The notes below the pieces were generated by a model. That model did no database searches and was not told where the DNA came from. It was given only the letters and a program-made list of their open reading frames with translations. A program made the position numbers and the translations under genes. DNA of 64,000 nt from Pirellulaceae bacterium (GTDB taxonomy: Bacteria; Planctomycetota; Planctomycetia; Pirellulales; Pirellulaceae), in assembly GCA_041747075.1 (NCBI GenBank), contig JBGTFW010000169.1, forward strand, positions 527 to 64,526, read 5' to 3'. Shown here in pieces: positions 29,331 to 39,300 of this stretch (positions within the stretch are counted from its first letter, which is position 1; each line of letters opens with the position of its first letter).

Positions 29331-30329
29331 ATGAATTCACTGATCAACTGGTTGCGGTTGATGCGCGTCTCGGGACTGCCGACCGCATGGTCAAACGTCT
29401 TGATGGGTGCCGCCGCGACCGGACTCTTCAGCCGGCCAGGGTTCGTTTTGACGCTGTCGACAGTCCAGTTGATCCTCACGCTGCTGGCCGTCAGTTCCTG
29501 TTTGTACATCGGCGGGATGATCCTCAACGATGTTTGTGATTTGGAGGCAGATCGCCGGGAACGCCCGGAACGCGTTCTGCCGTCGGGGAGGATCAGTGTC
29601 GCCACCGCGCGATGGGCCGCAACGGCGTTTCTAATTGGCGGTGTCATGCTCGCGGCATTCAGTGCTCTCGAATTTGGCAAGCGCGGCATGCCGTATTTTG
29701 TGAACCCTTCGTTCGGAACCGCTTTGGCGTTGCTCGTCGCTATTGTCATCTACAATCGCGTCGCCAGGGAGAGTCCGTTCGGACCCGTTGTGATGGGCGT
29801 TTGTCGCGCACTGAATGTCTTGCTCGGTGCGTCATGCCTCGATTCCGCCAATGAGTTCGCGGGATTCGGCGCGCTACCGGTCTTTGTCGCCGTGTGCGTT
29901 GGCACGTTTGTCGCCGGGATCACGTGGTTCTCAAGCGAGGAGCATACGGCGGGTTCACGAAGAACCCTGATTGCTGGAGCACTGGTGATGGGGGCTGCCG
30001 TGACAGCGCTGCTTTGGCTGCCGTCGAGCGAGTTGCTCTGGAAATCCGTTTCGCGGCTGTCGTTTTCCGGAGAAGTCGCCCGATCACGGGCCTTCCGCAT
30101 TTTGTTGTTGTTGGTGCTGTTGCCAGCCGCGCGGCGCGTTTGTCTGGCGATTGCAAGTCCCGAATCAGCCCGCATCCAGCAAGCGGTCGTTGCCTGCCTG
30201 CGCTCGTTGATTATGATCGATGCGGCGTTATGCTACTTATTCGTTCCGGATCGGCCCTTTTTCGCGGCGACCGTCGCTTTGCTGATCGTTCCGGCGTTCG
30301 TCGTCGGCCGCTGGATTCGCCTAACCTGA
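29331..30329 (+). CDS. UbiA-family prenyltransferase (EboC-like candidate)
   Basis: Polytopic ORF with Asp-rich motif NDVCDLEADRRERPERVLPSGRIS. The ATG at 29331 (MNSLINWLRLMRVSGLPTAW) is the likely start within ORF 29283..30329. Confidence 0.75.
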   Translation: MNSLINWLRLMRVSGLPTAWSNVLMGAAATGLFSRPGFVLTLSTVQLILTLLAVSSCLYIGGMILNDVCDLEADRRERPERVLPSGRISVATARWAATAFLIGGVMLAAFSALEFGKRGMPYFVNPSFGTALALLVAIVIYNRVARESPFGPVVMGVCRALNVLLGASCLDSANEFAGFGALPVFVAVCVGTFVAGITWFSSEEHTAGSRRTLIAGALVMGAAVTALLWLPSSELLWKSVSRLSFSGEVARSRAFRILLLLVLLPAARRVCLAIASPESARIQQAVVACLRSLIMIDAALCYLFVPDRPFFAATVALLIVPAFVVGRWIRLT

Positions 30330-30567
30330 CTCTCAGGCTTAAATCTCAAATCTCAACTCTTAAATCTCAACTCTTACATCTCAAATCTCAACTCTCAAAT
30401 CTCCACCGCCGGACGCTTGCCTGCGAAGTCCGCTGTGGAAAGTCTGTTGTCCTGGCGAACGTTCCGGCAGCGGACTTCTCCGGGGCGCGGTTAAACGATT
30501 CAGCTTTTTCGGCCCCTCTTGACTCTCATCTCTCGACTCTTGACTCTTACGCTAACTCTCTACTCCC
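30330..30567. repeat. modular intergenic element: TCTCAAATC-type tract, ~110-nt conserved core, GACTCT-type tract
   Basis: Core 30401-30510. The stem is gaagtccgctg (30425-30435) pairing with cagcggacttc (30468-30478). Conserved blocks are shared, inverted, with 58616-58725. Confidence 0.85.
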
Positions 30568-31434
30568 ATGTTCCTCGGCTACAACACCAACGGACTGGCG
30601 CACCACGACCCTCTTCAGGCGATCGAACTGATCGCGGAACTGGGCTACCGGGGCCTCGCGATCACCGTCGATCATCGCTGGCTGAACCCGTTCGCGGCCG
30701 ATTTCGATCATCAAATCGAGCGTGTCCAGCGGCTGCTCAAGCTCTACCGAATACGAACCGTCGTCGAGACTGGCGCGAGGTTCCTGCTCGACCCCGCCAG
30801 CAAGCACGAACCGACCCTCGTCAGCGACGGTGCCACGGCGCGCGGGCGACGAATCGACTTTCTCAAGCGGTGCATTGATATCGCCGAGGCTCTGGGCAGC
30901 GATTGTGTCTCGCTTTGGTCGGGAGTTCGTCCCGCTTCGCTCGAAATGCAGGAAGCCCTCGACCGGCTGGCAGCCTCACTGGAGCCGGTCGTTCGCTACG
31001 CCGACAACTGCAAGGTGATTCTGGGTTTCGAGCCGGAACCCGGTATGCTTATCGATACAATGGCGTCCTTCGAAAGGATGCTGCAGTGGATCGATTCGCC
31101 CGTGATCCAGTTGACGATGGACGTCGGGCATCTTTTCTGTCAGGGGGAGGTTCCGTTTGTCGAATACATTCAACGCTGGAGTTCGCGGATTGTCAACGTG
31201 CATATCGAGGATATGCGGGCCGGCGTTCACGAACATCTGATGTTCGGCGACGGACAAATTCACTTCCCGCCGATCATCGAGGCCTTGCACGAAGCCGCCT
31301 ACGGGGGCGGCGTGTTCGTCGAACTCAGTCGCCACGGCCACGACGCCCCCAATATCGCGCGGCGCTCGCTGGAATTCCTCGGACCGCTCATTGCGTTCGA
31401 TGCGCCACGCGAGTCAAAACGGAGGCTGCCATGA
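30568..31434 (+). CDS. sugar phosphate isomerase/epimerase, xylose-isomerase-like TIM barrel (EboE-like candidate)
   Basis: 288-aa ORF with AP-endonuclease-2/TIM-barrel features (GYNTNGLAHH, NVHIEDM, VELSRH). Confidence 0.7.
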   Translation: MFLGYNTNGLAHHDPLQAIELIAELGYRGLAITVDHRWLNPFAADFDHQIERVQRLLKLYRIRTVVETGARFLLDPASKHEPTLVSDGATARGRRIDFLKRCIDIAEALGSDCVSLWSGVRPASLEMQEALDRLAASLEPVVRYADNCKVILGFEPEPGMLIDTMASFERMLQWIDSPVIQLTMDVGHLFCQGEVPFVEYIQRWSSRIVNVHIEDMRAGVHEHLMFGDGQIHFPPIIEALHEAAYGGGVFVELSRHGHDAPNIARRSLEFLGPLIAFDAPRESKRRLP

Positions 31435-32774
31435 ATTCACCGTTGAATGCGCCGCTGGTGTTGCTTTCGATTCCTGGACTGCGCGTCGCGGACATTGCGC
31501 AAATGCCGGTTCTCGCGGGATGGGCCGCTTCGGGCGCGACCGGCAGGATTGGTCACAGCTTTCCCGGCGTCACCTGGCCGTCGCAATGTAATCTGCTCAC
31601 CGGATCAACGGCCGGCGAGCATGGAGTCGTCGCCAACGGGTTTTACTGGCGCGACAAGCGGCAAGTCGAAATGTGGACCGCATGGAACGACGTGATCGAG
31701 CGCCCGCAATTGTGGGACGAGATCAAGGCGGCCCGGCCCGGTTGCACGACGGCCGCGTGGTTTCCGATGCTTGCTAAAGGTTGCGGGGCGGACGTGATTT
31801 GCATGCCCGCGCCGATTCACAAACCCGACGGAAGTGAGGAGATGTGGTGCTATACGCGTCCCCAGGACTTTTATGGCGAACTTCTCGAGGAACTCGGACA
31901 TTTTCCCTTGCAGCACTTTTGGGGGCCGCTCGCCGGCATCCCCTCGAGCCGCTGGATTGTCCAGTCGGCGATTCGCGCCGCGCGGCGATTCCGACCGGAC
32001 TTCTGGTATATCTACCTGCCGCACCTCGACTACGCCGCGCAAAAATTCGGACCCGACAGCCCTCAGGCGACCGGGGCACTTCGCGAACTCGACGAGGTCC
32101 TTGGCGAACTGGTCGGCGGATTTGAAGAAATCTATTCCGGATCGCCGACATGGATGGCGGCCAGCGAATACGTTGTTTCGCCCGTCGCTCACGTCGTGTA
32201 CCCCAACCGCGTATTACGTGACGCGGGATTGCTGGCCGTTGAGGAACTTGACGACGGGACCGAATTGATCGATTTCAGTGAAAGCAAGGCGTGGGCTTTG
32301 GTCGATCACCAGTTTTCGCACGTCTTTGTCGACGATTGCACCGCACCGGTGATTCAGCAAGTCGTCAACCTGTTCGACGAGATGGAGGGCATCCAGATGG
32401 TCCTTGCCGGCAATGCGCGACAATACGTGAATCTCGATCATCCTCGAAGCGGCGACGTTGTGGTTGTTTCCGAACCCCGCAGTTGGCAGGCGTACTACTG
32501 GTGGGAGGACGATCAGGCGGCACCCCAATGGGCGCGCACCGTGGACATTCACCGCAAGCCGGGCTACGACCCGGTTGAACTTTTTTTTGATCCGGTGACG
32601 AAATCCATTCCGCTCGACGCCTCGCTCGTGCGCGGTTCCCATGGCGCACCGGCGCTGACAAGGGACATGCAAGGCGCGCTGGTCTGCAATCGCGCGGGAG
32701 TCGTTGGCAAGGGGGAGTTGATTGCCGACACGGCGATTCACGACATCGTGCTGAAACTTGCAGCGCCTTCATGA
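31431..32774 (+). CDS. alkaline-phosphatase-superfamily protein, nucleotide pyrophosphatase/phosphodiesterase-like (EboF-like candidate), non-canonical active site
   Basis: The ATG at 31431 overlaps the previous stop (ATGA). NPP-type blocks VLLSIPGLRVADI, FPGVTWPSQCNLLTG and HLDYAAQKFGP are present, but several canonical metal ligands look substituted. Confidence 0.65.
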   Translation: MNSPLNAPLVLLSIPGLRVADIAQMPVLAGWAASGATGRIGHSFPGVTWPSQCNLLTGSTAGEHGVVANGFYWRDKRQVEMWTAWNDVIERPQLWDEIKAARPGCTTAAWFPMLAKGCGADVICMPAPIHKPDGSEEMWCYTRPQDFYGELLEELGHFPLQHFWGPLAGIPSSRWIVQSAIRAARRFRPDFWYIYLPHLDYAAQKFGPDSPQATGALRELDEVLGELVGGFEEIYSGSPTWMAASEYVVSPVAHVVYPNRVLRDAGLLAVEELDDGTELIDFSESKAWALVDHQFSHVFVDDCTAPVIQQVVNLFDEMEGIQMVLAGNARQYVNLDHPRSGDVVVVSEPRSWQAYYWWEDDQAAPQWARTVDIHRKPGYDPVELFFDPVTKSIPLDASLVRGSHGAPALTRDMQGALVCNRAGVVGKGELIADTAIHDIVLKLAAPS

Positions 32775-33376
32775 ACCTCGTCGAACAAAAGCAGGTGTTG
32801 CGCGGCGAGGCGATCGCCCGGCGCGAGCGTCTGACGGGCCGCGATGAACTCAGCCGCCTGATCATGGCTCATGTTCTTGACGGCCCGTGGATGGCAAATG
32901 TCGAAATGATCTGTTCCTACGTGAGCATGGGAAGCGAGGTCCGGACGCATGAGCTGATCAAGCGGCTTCTCACGGGACCGTGGACTGTCTGCGTTCCCTG
33001 GTGCGGCGGTAATGAGTTGAAACTGGCGAGAATCCTTTCGCTGGACGAACTGCGGCCGCGCACTCTCGGCATCCTTGAGCCTCCGCGATCGCTTCGCGAG
33101 GACCCGGCTCGCATCGTCGTGCCGGAAACGGTGGGTCTGCAACTCGTGCCAGGGCTGGCCTTTTCCACCGACGGAAAACGACTTGGATATGGTCGAGGCT
33201 ACTACGATCGCCTGCTCGCTCGCTCGTCCGAAGCCAAGCGGATCGGGCTGGCGTTCAATTGCCAGATTTTTTCCGACGTGCCGACTGGCCCGCAAGATGT
33301 TTCCATGCACCGGATCGTCACGGAAACCGATATGTATGCCGGGAATTCGACGTTCAATTGTTCGACATTCAATTGA
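32771..33376 (+). CDS. 5-formyltetrahydrofolate cyclo-ligase
   Basis: 201-aa ORF with the MTHFS C-terminal motif GYGRGYYDRLL. The ATGA overlap with the preceding gene suggests translational coupling. Confidence 0.8.
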   Translation: MNLVEQKQVLRGEAIARRERLTGRDELSRLIMAHVLDGPWMANVEMICSYVSMGSEVRTHELIKRLLTGPWTVCVPWCGGNELKLARILSLDELRPRTLGILEPPRSLREDPARIVVPETVGLQLVPGLAFSTDGKRLGYGRGYYDRLLARSSEAKRIGLAFNCQIFSDVPTGPQDVSMHRIVTETDMYAGNSTFNCSTFN

Positions 33377-33413
33377 GCGACACCCACACTCAATAAAAGT
33401 GCGAAACCTGAAC

Positions 33414-36068
33414 TTAACGCCGCGGAGGCAAGAGACTGGGTCGCTCCGGGTCGCGGCGGTCGGGCGGGCTTGTGCCCGGCGGCGGAGAACCGAAAAATGA
33501 CGTGACGGAACTGTCGACCTCCCATACGGCCTGGTCGACATCGACCGTCCACCAGAATGGCGGTCCCGTGAACTCGGGGCTGGACCACGTGAGGCTGACC
33601 GTCATTTCCCGGGTAGTCGTTTGGACGAACCGCGCGGGATCGCCGGTGACCGCAACGTCGATCAGATCGTCGCTATTTGCCGCCGCGCGCGCGTCGACCA
33701 ATTCGAATGCACTGGTCTGGTAATTGAGCAGTCGCACCGTCTGGATGACGTCTCCTGCCGGACCGCCCGTCATGCGAGACTCCAGCTTGAACCTCAATTC
33801 GGCGGGTTCCGGATTGATGCTCGTCGTCTGGAGGATCATGTCGATTTTCTGTTTCGCGAAATTGGCCGTGGGACCTGGGTCAATCTCCAGGTAGACGTTG
33901 TCGGACTGCTCCATGTTGGCCGTTTGCCCGGCGGAAACAAAACCATCAAGCAGCTTCCTTCCCTCGGCGAACATCGTGTTGAGGCACTTGACGATAACCA
34001 GACGGACGCCGTCGACGCCCGCCTCGACAACTGAACCCTCGCCGAGGTCCGATGCGTTGAAGCGCAATTGCATTTGGCCCGACGGAAGGAGCGTTTCGCG
34101 AATGCGAAACGATTTCTGGAACCAGCCCCCCGAAACTTCGCTGCCGGCAGGTCCCACGGTCTCGAGATTGGTCCACGTCGCGCCGCCGTCGTTGGAGATT
34201 TCCACGACGAAGACGTCTTGCTTCGGGGCACCGCCCAGGTCGTTTGAATACCATCGGTAATAGGAGAGCACCGCGTCCATCGCGCCCGGTCCGTTGGCGT
34301 TGAGGATCGTCGAGGTAAGGATGGTACTCCCGGCGTCGACGTCCGAGTTCCCGTCGGCGTTATCGGTGACGTAGCATCTTCCGGAACCATCGCCATCGAC
34401 TGGTGGATCGCCGCGATCGCCTCCCCCGGCGGGAATCGCCCGTTCCCAATGCCCGTCCGCGGCGTCACCGCTGACCGTCCATCCCTGATGGGATTCAAAA
34501 TTGTCGTCAAAGGCAACTTCGGAGGAATAACCGCTGACGGCCATGTACGTATCGTCGGGAGCGTTGACCGGGTCGCAAACGAGAGAACCGTCCCCGGCCA
34601 TCACACTGACGAAATACGAAACGGTGGACCCGCAATGCGTCGCGGGAAAATTCGCTTCGTACACGCCAGGCGTCACTTCGTTCATCGCAAAGGACTCGAA
34701 GCCGTTTCCGCGATCAAGGTGGAGGACGCCCGTGCCCGGCAAGGCTTCTCCGAAAAGGGGTGTCACGTTGACCGTGAACTCGACTCCACCGCCGGAATTG
34801 ATCATTTCCGGCCGGCCTTCCGGAAAGTCAAACTGCACGGGATTGAGCCGTACCAGAAACAGTCCGTTCTGCCGATCATTGACCAGGATCGTGCCGCTGG
34901 CGAACCAGGGAAAGACCGACCAGACGCCGTTGAAATTCACCGAAGTGTCGGTATTGTACGTATCGAAATACGCGACTTCGCTCAATTGCGCTGGATCGCT
35001 TCCCGACTGAAGCACGCGGATGCCCGCCGAGTAACTGCCGGAGTAAATCTTGTCTCCCTTGACATACAGGTTGTGGTCAATCGCGTTGGTCGAACCGGAA
35101 AAGTAACCCTTGTAAACCGGAGCGTCCAGATTGAGACAATCGAAGATGTGCATTCGCGTCGGTCCACCGAAATTCGACTCGTCCAGTTCATCCCCCATGT
35201 AAAAGTACCGGTGATCCTCCGACAGCCACCCCTGATGCGTGTAGCCATCCTCGGCATATCCGTTTCGGGAGATCATCGTCATGTTCGCCTTGTTGGTCAC
35301 ATCGACGATCGTGACGGTGTCCTCGTTGGAGCAGAACGCAACCTCTTTCCCTGCGTAATCCGCATCGGGTCCGTGATAGTTGACGACCTGAACATCATGC
35401 GTGTAACCGTCACCGGAAAAATTCCCGGCTGTGACTGGAGCGACGGGATTGTTGATGTTAACGACGTGCAATCCGCCAGATGCCTTATTGGAACCGACAA
35501 TGTAGGCATACCCTGTGTCCACATTGATGGCAATGTTGTGCGCGCTGTTGATGCCGCTGTACCAGGCGTCGTTGGTAAAGACTTGCGGGCTGGTCGGGCT
35601 GACGCCGCGAAGACGCTTCAGGTCAAATACCTGCATCCCGTGGCTTCCGTTGCTGTCTGAAACAATAAAGACGTAATTGTTGCGGACTTTCATGTCGCGC
35701 CACGCCGAATTTCCCGTCTGGCTCGGCAAGTTTCCAAGGTATCCGGGATTGCGCGGGTCGCTGATATCAACGAATGAGGTCTTGTTGGTCAGGCCAACGA
35801 TGGCGTATTCCTTACGGGTTTGCGGATCGGTCCATCCCCAGCAGTCATTGCCCAGCACGTTTGCGGCGCCTCCACTGCCCAATTCATCGAGGGTCAGCCG
35901 CCCGAGCAGTTCCATGCTCCGCGAATCCCACGGTCCATTGCCACCGATCCCTGGCGGAGCGGCGTTTCGAATCGACTTGCCGCCATTCGGATCGTCGTGA
36001 GGCACCAGCGCAACGAGCAACGAGACGAACAGACCCGGAAAACAGCGGGCCGCGAAATGGATACTCAT
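33414..36068 (-). CDS. secreted beta-propeller protein (LVIVD-repeat / choice-of-anchor-B-like N-domain) with a large shared C-terminal module
   Basis: Signal peptide. The N-terminal ~410 aa include GNDCWGWTDP..., YAIVG, WRDMKV..NYVFIVSD, GMQVFDL and GLHVVNI. Residues from about 412 onward are paralogous to the C-terminus of the next gene. Confidence 0.65.
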   Translation of the reverse strand: MSIHFAARCFPGLFVSLLVALVPHDDPNGGKSIRNAAPPGIGGNGPWDSRSMELLGRLTLDELGSGGAANVLGNDCWGWTDPQTRKEYAIVGLTNKTSFVDISDPRNPGYLGNLPSQTGNSAWRDMKVRNNYVFIVSDSNGSHGMQVFDLKRLRGVSPTSPQVFTNDAWYSGINSAHNIAINVDTGYAYIVGSNKASGGLHVVNINNPVAPVTAGNFSGDGYTHDVQVVNYHGPDADYAGKEVAFCSNEDTVTIVDVTNKANMTMISRNGYAEDGYTHQGWLSEDHRYFYMGDELDESNFGGPTRMHIFDCLNLDAPVYKGYFSGSTNAIDHNLYVKGDKIYSGSYSAGIRVLQSGSDPAQLSEVAYFDTYNTDTSVNFNGVWSVFPWFASGTILVNDRQNGLFLVRLNPVQFDFPEGRPEMINSGGGVEFTVNVTPLFGEALPGTGVLHLDRGNGFESFAMNEVTPGVYEANFPATHCGSTVSYFVSVMAGDGSLVCDPVNAPDDTYMAVSGYSSEVAFDDNFESHQGWTVSGDAADGHWERAIPAGGGDRGDPPVDGDGSGRCYVTDNADGNSDVDAGSTILTSTILNANGPGAMDAVLSYYRWYSNDLGGAPKQDVFVVEISNDGGATWTNLETVGPAGSEVSGGWFQKSFRIRETLLPSGQMQLRFNASDLGEGSVVEAGVDGVRLVIVKCLNTMFAEGRKLLDGFVSAGQTANMEQSDNVYLEIDPGPTANFAKQKIDMILQTTSINPEPAELRFKLESRMTGGPAGDVIQTVRLLNYQTSAFELVDARAAANSDDLIDVAVTGDPARFVQTTTREMTVSLTWSSPEFTGPPFWWTVDVDQAVWEVDSSVTSFFGSPPPGTSPPDRRDPERPSLLPPRR

Positions 36069-36381
36069 GTTTGCCCCGGATTCCTGAGTGAAAAGAGGTG
36101 CGAACGCATCAGGCGGAACCGGTGATCAGCCAGCCGTTCCGAATCGGTATTGTAACCTGGGACAGACAGGGTATGCCAGCCGGCCCGCCGGTACGAATGG
36201 ATCTCGTCGCGGAAGACACCAAGGCTTTCGTAGCGGATGCCGGCCAAGGCTTTCGTAACGGCGGAATTGCGCGTTCCGCGATCGAAACACTTCGCGAGTT
36301 CCGCTACGAGGGCACCACCAAAAAACGCCCGCGCGAGGGCTCGCGGGCGTTGTGTACGAATCAGCAAGTCGGGCAAATTCG

Positions 36382-39300
36382 CTATTCAATGATCCAGACC
36401 GCTTCGTCCAGGTCGATCGTCCAGGTAAACGGTGCCCCGGAAAACCCGGGACTTTCCCAAATCACGTCCGCCGTGATTTCACGGGTTCCTGCCTGGACAA
36501 ACCGCGCGGGATTGCCGGTTACCAACAGATTAACAACGGCGTCCGTGTTGGTGATGGCACGAACATCGACGGTTTCATACTGGTTGGTCTGGTAATTGAG
36601 CAATCGAAGCGACTGAATCACATCACCCACCGGGCCGCCGATCTTTTTGGACTCCATGCGGAATCGCATGCTGCCAGGCGTCGCCAGCGGGCTGGTCGAC
36701 TGGAGGATCATGTCGATCTTTTGCTTGGCAAGGTTTGATGTCGGTGACGGGTTGAGTTTGAAATACTGATTGTTGCTGGAATTGGCGTCGGACAATTGAC
36801 CACCGCCAACAAAACCGTCAAGGAGTTTTCGACCCTCGGCGACCGTCGGATTCTCGCACGTTACGATCTTGACCGAAACCGCGTCAACGGCGGCCTCGAC
36901 GACCGAACCGTTGGCCAGGTCCGAAGCGTTGAAGCGCAGGCGCATCTGGTTCGTCGGAGCGATCACATCACTGATCCTGAAGGTCCTGGTAATCCAGCCG
37001 CCACCAACTTCCGGACCAGTTGGTCCAACCGTTTCCAGATTGGTCCACGAGGCGCCATTGTTGTTGGAGATTTCAACCACAAACACATCCTCTTCCGGAG
37101 CGGAACCCGAATTGTTGGAGTACCAGCGCATGTAACTGAGGACGGCGAACTGGCCTGGCCCAGTCGTCGCGTTGAGCGTCGGCGACGTAAGCCGCGTGAC
37201 TCCTCCGTCGACATCTGAGTTTCCGTCAACGTTGTCGGTCAGGTAACACTGCCCTGAACCGTCGCCGTCGGTCGGCGGATCGCCGCGGTCGCCACCGCCA
37301 ACCGGGACGCCACGGTTCCACTGACCATCGGTTGCCGGTGGAGTTCCCGGACTGACGGTCCAACCGAGGTTGGTCTGAAAATTGTCGGAGAAGGCGATGC
37401 TGAGCGACGTGCCGGCAATCGCCGAGTAGTTCACCGCGGGCGCGTCGATCGGATCGGTTTGCGAGCCACCCCCGACGATCCCCGCACTCACGTAATATCG
37501 AAGCACCCGTGCACAGTCACTCGACGGGAAAATCGCTTGATAGACGTTGGGAGACAACTGATTCATGGCAAACGTCTCGAAGCCGTTCCCGCGGTCCACG
37601 TGGAGAATCCCGGTTCCGGGTTGAGGGTTTGACCCGATCGGCACGACTTCCACCGTGAACGCCGGGCCGCCGACATGCGGGACAAGTTCCGGCCGACCAT
37701 TGGGATACTCGAAATCGAACGCCCGGAGCGGCGGGGCGTCCAGATTATGGTCCCCGAACCCGGTTGCGATCTCATTGTAATGGGGCGTCCCATTGCCAAT
37801 GTCGCTGTCGTCGTCGTCGAGCTCAAGATAGAGAACCGTGATAAATGGATCGATGGTCGAATCGCCCGGGACCATTTGTCCGCGAACAATCATCATCCCC
37901 AGATACAGCGAGGCGTTGATGTCACGGTAACTGGAGGGCTCCGTGATCGCCAGTTCCTTGCGGGTTTCCCAAACCGCACCGGAAATCAATTGGCCGCAGG
38001 TGTGGATGGCACCATTGCATGGATACTGAAGATTGTTATTAGCGGTTCGAAACCCGGCGCTGCAGTTGCCACCAAATCCATGGCCGAGGATCGGTTCGTC
38101 CTGGATAAGAACACCCATCACGTCGCCCGATCCCTCCCCGAACTGGCCCTGTCCGTTGCCGGTCACGCTCACCAGGTGATGGCCGTATTCGTGGTAAATG
38201 ATGTCGGAAAAGGCGGTGTTGTTACAGCCGCCCGCGGCGCGGAAAAAGTTGATTGACGATCCATTGTAAAACGCATTGCACGAGTCATTGATGTTGGTAT
38301 TGATGTCAAAGAACGTCTGCGTTCCGATTACCGGAAAGGTCGGCTGGTAATTCAGCACGAAAGTGCGCACCACGTTGGCTTCGAGGTAGGCATTGACATT
38401 CGCCGTTGGAAACTGCTGATTGTTGACCGGGTTATGGAGGAAATTGGCCGGACCCGGCGGGGTGACCGTCTGATTCAATTCCGGGATCGCACCCCCCGCC
38501 GATTGGTCAAAGACTTCAAACCACTGGCCGCGAAGGCGCGAGCGCACGTTGACGGCGGCTGAACCGCCATGGGGAATCGTGAAAGCACCGGCTGCGTTGG
38601 CAAAAACCGTATTGCCGCCGGTGACGGTCGCTTCGGCAAAGGGCAATCCGACGGCGACTTCCGGGTGACATTCCAGCGAGCCAATGCCGTTGGTCGCCCG
38701 GCCTTGCACCGTGCCAGTAATGTTCACGTCAAGAATCTGGTTCTCAGCGAGGAGCAGTTCGCCGCTGGAAAGCGCGGCGACGAACCGGTATTTCGAATAG
38801 TCAGGGTATGTCCTGACCGAACCGCGTTCGGCAATAAACTCCACGGCGACCTGGGGATCCGCCGTCGCGCCGTCGGCACCTGCAAAAATCACCATTCGTT
38901 CGTCGGAGACAACGGTCCCGGGCATGCCGCTCCGCTTCAGTACCGATTTCATTTCTGGCTCACCACCAGCCGCGAGAAATTGGGCAACATTGTCCAACAT
39001 CGCCTGGGTGACCTGGACGTTTTCCGGACCAACGCTTCCGACATGGAATCCAGGAAGGTTCTTTATATCGATTCCGGAAACGACCACCGGATTGCCCGGC
39101 TCGTTACGAATCAATAATCCGACGCCGGAACGGAAAACGGGAAGTCCCTCGAAATGCTGGTCGTATCGCAGCGCATAGAAACGCGGCTCCTCGGTACCCG
39201 CCTGTGGCATGACGGGCAGCAAAACGTCTCCAATGTCCTGGACGACGGGCGTCAACTCACCCCACTCGGTGCCGAGCAGCGGCTCGATCTGACCAAGGTG

